A DNA stretch of 63,846 nt, filler included, from Licmophora abbreviata (lineage: Eukaryota), in the NCBI GenBank assembly GCA_900291995.1. It is 17 parts of 17 records of this genome, joined end to end, with 100 filler letters (N's around TTAATTAATTAA, not from the genome) between each part and the next. Parts side by side here need not be neighbours in the genome. Positions count along the whole stretch, not along the records: positions 54,166 to 59,931 come from OLMU01004790.1; positions 60,032 to 61,177 come from OLMU01004794.1; positions 61,278 to 62,489 come from OLMU01004797.1; positions 62,590 to 63,846 come from OLMU01004800.1; 13 more parts are not named here. One strand, written 5' to 3'. Position 1 is the first letter of the stretch. Each line of letters opens with the position of its first letter. The position numbers were made by a program, and so were the translations under genes. Positions 59,148 through 63,846 of the stretch are shown here, in pieces. Below the pieces are notes generated by a model that was not told the DNA's origin, made no database searches, and was given only the letters and a program-made list of their open reading frames with translations.

Positions 59148-60031
59148 ACTATCAGATGTAACGACGACGAGAGTTCCGTTTCTAACAAACAAGCGTCGTC
59201 GTCGAGGAGGAGGCATCGTAGAACAAGCGAATGTCAATCGAACAACAAGCGTAAACAAAAAAGAGAAGAGCAGCAAGAAGAGCGGGCGTGTGAGAGACAC
59301 AATCTCTTGTTCCAGGAAGAATGAAAAACGTTCGGATGTTCCAATGAACGAATAGGAGTGTCACAAGGACCGCACGTAGGGAGAGGTCGTTCGAGACGAG
59401 GCACCATGTGGATCGTGAAAAAAGTATGGAAACACACACACATGCTCGTCAGAGACAGGCAAGTCGTGGCAGGGTCGTGCGTTCAGCGGTACCCAACGGA
59501 CCAGTCTTGCTTGTGCAAAAGAGAGACCTCTCGGATGCCTCACGCGAGACCCCTCACTTCTCACACGCTCGACGTGGCCCCCGCCCCCAAAATCGAAACG
59601 GAAAAAAGTACAGCATACCGGCGTCGTTCCGGTACCCGGTACACATCAGTACTTGTACCGGCGCTGACACACGAAAGCCCATTTCTCGACCGCTCGTCCG
59701 TTTTCACCCAAACCAAAAGGCCTCCCCTTCCTTCCTACTCATTCAAAAGACCCCATTCACCTCATCCCGTCGATAACACGTCCCTACAAGCCATTCTTCC
59801 AAGACACTCACATGCGCGCGCTCTGCACAAGATTGGGAGGGCGTGCGTGACAAGTAGAATCAGTACTGACTTGTACTTGGACTCCCTCCAGCGCGCGGAA
59901 GATTCACTGCGTTCGTACCTGAAAGATCGTCNNNNNNNNNNNNNNNNNNNNNNNNNNNNNNNNNNNNNNNNNNNNTTAATTAATTAANNNNNNNNNNNNN
60001 NNNNNNNNNNNNNNNNNNNNNNNNNNNNNNN

Positions 60032-60976
60032 CGTTCTGTCGTCCTGGAAATGGATGCGCAGCGACGAGAGGCTCTGGAGGCGAGGGGCCGGCATGTGCCC
60101 AACGATGTACAAGCGGCAGAGGAACTAGCTCTGCATTTGCAAGACACGGAAAGTGCGACGCACGTCTCACCCCAACAGAGCGCACCTCCCCTGAGATTGC
60201 GCCCTCAACCTACAGGAAGCTTCGACATGGCAGATGCAACCTGCACGACATGCCGGACCTTCGAGACTCCTCGACGACAAGAGCGAGCGCTAGTCGCCAT
60301 GCCGAAATCTCCGGTGACGCCGTCCTCGTCATCATCCTGTCAACTCTGCCAGAACGATACGCTGACTACATTCTCGGGAATTTCATCGGTGGCAGCCTCG
60401 TCCCTATCCGAAAGCTTCATCTTGCATGCACCTGACGCCCCGACTCGCATCGCTTCCAGCTTTGCTCTACTTGGGTTGCAAGACGATGACTCCTCCTCGT
60501 GTGAGGAACTGGAAACGGCCTATCAACACACCGAATCCGCCTTTCGTCGAGTCCCCTTGCGTCCCCGACAAGTAGTTCACCATCACAGCAACAGCGATCC
60601 CCTCTCCCCGATTTCTGGGGCCGCTCTGTCAATCGGAACTTCCGATGGTTCAAACCTCTCTTCATTCGTCCCGCCACCTCGGCCTGTCTACGCTATGCCC
60701 TCGGTGCCAATGATACCAGATGGGCCAGCAAGGTTCCCGGGCTCGCCTCTTCATGAAGACTCGGACTCACCTCTGCAACTTTTCATCGGCGGTCGGGTTG
60801 ATGCTCTGCAGCAGCATGAAAGCGAGGGCACCCCTCCTTCTGTCATCACAGACAGGCGTCAATCTATTCCGTACCTCCCAACCACCGAATCACCTGATGT
60901 TTCAATTGGCGCTGTGTCACTTCCACCATCGCCCTCGGCTAAGCATGTTCAGAAACTGATCAGTCGATCCATCTGA
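60032..60976 (+). CDS. Ser/Pro-rich hypothetical protein (possibly 5' partial)
   Basis: Open frame of more than 300 codons after the gap with two CxxC pairs. No recognisable domain. Confidence 0.55.
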   Translation, partial: RSVVLEMDAQRREALEARGRHVPNDVQAAEELALHLQDTESATHVSPQQSAPPLRLRPQPTGSFDMADATCTTCRTFETPRRQERALVAMPKSPVTPSSSSSCQLCQNDTLTTFSGISSVAASSLSESFILHAPDAPTRIASSFALLGLQDDDSSSCEELETAYQHTESAFRRVPLRPRQVVHHHSNSDPLSPISGAALSIGTSDGSNLSSFVPPPRPVYAMPSVPMIPDGPARFPGSPLHEDSDSPLQLFIGGRVDALQQHESEGTPPSVITDRRQSIPYLPTTESPDVSIGAVSLPPSPSAKHVQKLISRSI

Positions 60977-61014
60977 GGAAAGCTCGAGAAAATGCTACCC
61001 ACTTCATACTGCTT

Positions 61015-61065
61015 CACACACACACACACACACACACACAACACACACACACACACACACACACA
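61015..61065. repeat. (CA)n microsatellite with one interruption
   Basis: About 25 CA units read directly. Confidence 0.95.
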
Positions 61066-61277
61066 AACCACAACAATCGTTTCACCGCCGCGGCCACCCA
61101 AGGCCAAGCTTGCAGCGAAGTTCATCAGTCGATAGACTTGAGGTCAGCTAGAGAATTGACCAACCAGCTATACTTCTNNNNNNNNNNNNNNNNNNNNNNN
61201 NNNNNNNNNNNNNNNNNNNNNTTAATTAATTAANNNNNNNNNNNNNNNNNNNNNNNNNNNNNNNNNNNNNNNNNNNN

Positions 61278-61976
61278 TTCAATGTCAAGGTCGCCGTTTG
61301 CATGTCCGTATGTCTGCATCGGTACATATCTCACGCCGCCTTCAAGTGCGGTAGCACAATGCGATTCTTCCTCTTTGTCCTTGGATGCTCCGCCAATCAA
61401 CGGGGGCCAATCTGGTGGGCCAGTATGCATCGCAGACATCACAAGTACTGCGATGTACCCAAGGATCCCCACTCTGCCCTGCAGGACGGCACAGAGAAGG
61501 CATTTGCATTCTTTCTGGAGCATATCTGGATTGACGAGGAGTTTGTGCCGCACCACTGTGACACCCGCCTCCTTCGGGTCTTGGATTTGTTCTCATGGGT
61601 CGTCGGAATGATCGAAATGGTGCTCTGGTACAATTTGGCAGGTCCTACAGGATTGTTCATCGCTTACACGAGCAACTGGTTGTGCCAGTCCAGTAGCTTG
61701 TGGTTCAATGTCGCCAATCATCCCGTAGAGGTCGAGAAGGACTGCAAGGCCAGTAACGAGATGGCCAGGCAGAAGAGCTGGTATCCGGCCTTTATTCTGC
61801 TCGACTTTTTGGTTTCAGTGACTGGCTTGTATATTGGCGAAAGCAACCACGACGACCATCATGCTCATATGGCTTTGGCCAAGCGTAACCCAGAAGACCT
61901 TTCTTATTGGGGTTTCGTTTGGCCGCTGGAGAAGCTCGGCTTGATCTGGAACGTCAAGCACAGCACGACGGCCTAA
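61278..61976 (+). CDS. Membrane fatty-acid desaturase, delta-9/ADS/DesC-like, 5' truncated
   Basis: Three His boxes HRYISH, HRRHH and HDDHH, plus QRGPIWWAS, DPHS and NVANH. Confidence 0.88.
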   Translation, partial: FNVKVAVCMSVCLHRYISHAAFKCGSTMRFFLFVLGCSANQRGPIWWASMHRRHHKYCDVPKDPHSALQDGTEKAFAFFLEHIWIDEEFVPHHCDTRLLRVLDLFSWVVGMIEMVLWYNLAGPTGLFIAYTSNWLCQSSSLWFNVANHPVEVEKDCKASNEMARQKSWYPAFILLDFLVSVTGLYIGESNHDDHHAHMALAKRNPEDLSYWGFVWPLEKLGLIWNVKHSTTA

Positions 61977-62072
61977 ACGTGGATTTCGAATGTACGTAGT
62001 TAGTTAGATGAAAAACACAAGCAAAATGATCGAAGCAAAAGGTGTCTTTAATTTTTCTTTTAATGATGGCAT

Positions 62073-62489
62073 CTAAGCAAACTTGGCGTGAGGGTTGTTC
62101 AGAGGCCGTGCCAGGAATGAACTCGTTCGTAGATAGGCTTTCAGTCTCGGAACCGCTTCGACTCGATCGACAAACGCCGCCAGCCGCTCGGAGCCTCCAA
62201 TCGTCGCGACGACACCTGCGCTACCCTGTTGTTCCTTCCCACACAACTCAACTTCGAGGATATGAATCTTGCGCAAGACCTCGTATAGCTTCAAATCTGC
62301 CACGGTTGGCTTGTCTCCAGTCAAGAACGTCTTGTTTTGATCGAGGAGCAGTCGTTCCCAGGGTGCCAGCAGTTGCGGCACAAGACCTTCCGTCCACTCC
62401 TGAATGTCCTGCACAGTCTCCGAACGGTACGCCAATCGCACTAGAGCCCCATCCATGTCTACCAACTGATCCAACACCATATCCACGAT
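62073..62489 (-). CDS. Glutathione S-transferase, C-terminal domain fragment
   Basis: FLTGDKPTVADLKLYE (GST N-capping/hydrophobic staple) and LAAFVDRVEAVPRLKAYL, resembling mu/sigma-class C-termini. The 5' end is in the gap. Confidence 0.82.
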   Translation of the reverse strand: MVDMVLDQLVDMDGALVRLAYRSETVQDIQEWTEGLVPQLLAPWERLLLDQNKTFLTGDKPTVADLKLYEVLRKIHILEVELCGKEQQGSAGVVATIGGSERLAAFVDRVEAVPRLKAYLRTSSFLARPLNNPHAKFA

Positions 62490-62589
62490 NNNNNNNNNNN
62501 NNNNNNNNNNNNNNNNNNNNNNNNNNNNNNNNNTTAATTAATTAANNNNNNNNNNNNNNNNNNNNNNNNNNNNNNNNNNNNNNNNNNNN

Positions 62590-62961
62590 TCCATAGCCGT
62601 AGCCACCGCCGTATCCACGACCGTATCCACGACCGTAGCCGCCCATCTCCCATCCGCCGGTAGAGAACGGAGACGAAGACCACCTGCTGCCACTGCTGTT
62701 AAAGTACGGGTCCCTACCTCCAACAGGATTGTACTGGTAGTCCCACGCTGTGTTTCCTCTGAATCCTCTGGTAGGCATGTCATAATCGTAACCATAGCGT
62801 CCGTAGTTCAGCGCCGTCGAGGATGTTTCCGTCTTGGTCAGAGAAGAGGAGGCCTTGGAGAGCGGATGAGCCTTGGGCGCTGGAACCGTGAACGCAGAGG
62901 CGCCCCAAAGGTTGAGGTGTACAACGCAGAGCGCCAGGAGGGCAGCATAGATCTTCATCAT
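62590..62961 (-). CDS. Plastid-targeted Gly/Tyr/Arg-rich low-complexity protein, 3' truncated
   Basis: Signal peptide ending WGASA-FTVP, Ser/Thr-rich transit peptide ending SSTALN, then YGRYGYDY...GGYGRGYGRGYGGGYGYG running into the gap. Confidence 0.75.
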
Positions 62962-63846
62962 TGTACTGGTACGGAAAGACGAGCTTCAATTGCTTTTTAT
63001 TCTTCAAACTTTGCCGTTCTTCCCGCCAAAGTCATGTGTGAAATCGAGGCGAACAGGTGATTTGGAATGAGAAACTTCAACCAGTAATGATCTACGTAGG
63101 TTCCACACAATTGGCTCTGACGAGGAAAACCTACGGATTCTGATTGGTGCAGAGCTGACACGTCAGCTCTCCGATTGACTCTTCGCTGACAATCGACTCA
63201 TTCGACCAAAAGCGCTGTGCTTTTCTCCCCGACTTCAACCGATCCATCAGTTTCTTCAACGCCCACAGATGATGAGTGCAATGAGCGAGAGCAGTTATTT
63301 TTGATACCTACTTGAGTCCAACTTATGGAAGGCTTCGAACTGCGTCCTCATCCAAGACTAAGCAGACAAGCGTACCGTTTGAGAATGGCGATGAAGGATG
63401 CATGCAACGATGGTCTACCTGTACATCGTAGTCTAGTTGTCTGCGGGGCGCAGAGAGCGAGGTGCTCGTAGGCACATGCATATCACCAAGCAAACAACCG
63501 TGGCGTCTGAGAATGATGTTCGAACGGTGGAAGAGGTGACTTGGAACAGGACTGTCTGTGTTTGGAGGGCGAAGATTAGCACACTGTAGGACACCTATTA
63601 CCAGTTGCCAGGTACCTGTTAGAATGGACTAGAAAGGCTAGAGTAAGAAAGAAGAAGCCAACGACGAAGAACGACATCTAGAAAAAGGACTCAATGTGTA
63701 CATAGTGTCGATACTATATATTCTTTTACGTTACTTTCGGTTAGAGCACACATCACGGCTGGTCGAATCCCTTCACAAGACCACCATGTTCTTCCTCATG
63801 TCAAGTAGATACTGCGGGAATCGACCTACCAGTATCCGCCTCCGCC

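Noticed and set aside
59358..59931. 209-aa plus-strand ORF upstream of the AP2 gene
   Set aside because: Non-ATG start, promoter-like composition and no domain; probably a divergent promoter or 5'UTR.
63240..63846. Possible gene or pseudogene at the window end
   Set aside because: Only short interrupted frames on either strand; nothing can be assigned.
1..63846. Prokaryote-style operon or defence system (macro, HAD_SAK_2, hydrolase genes)
   Set aside because: The genes are dispersed, some have introns, and they are interleaved with eukaryotic housekeeping genes. There is no operon structure, transposase, rRNA or tRNA.

Overview
Gene-dense eukaryotic nuclear scaffold, most likely a diatom. 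The evidence is short GT-AG introns (mostly about 65-110 nt), signal peptide plus (A)SAF plastid-targeting presequences, a mitochondrial-type pyruvate kinase, and CbbY, Tic22 and fibrillin genes. Sixteen artificial 100-nt spacers (N44-TTAATTAATTAA-N44) break it up; seven have duplicated flanks and can be closed by hand. About 28 protein genes or fragments are supported. Highlights: (1) a selenophosphate synthetase SPS2 with an in-frame TGA (Sec43, KG-U-ACK) and a clear 3'UTR SECIS, whose N-terminus the ORF track misses; (2) an approximately 2076-aa myosin with IQ, ankyrin and C-terminal kinase-like domains, one gene away from a motor-less paralogue carrying the same ankyrin-linker-pseudokinase module with different catalytic residues lost; (3) a plastid-targeted Gly/Tyr/Arg low-complexity protein; (4) a membrane-anchored bacterial-like alpha/beta-hydrolase; (5) Sec61beta with an ATG-only first exon and a long structured intron. 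No rRNA, tRNA, CRISPR array or transposon was recognised. Family assignments come from motif recognition by eye, not from database searches.
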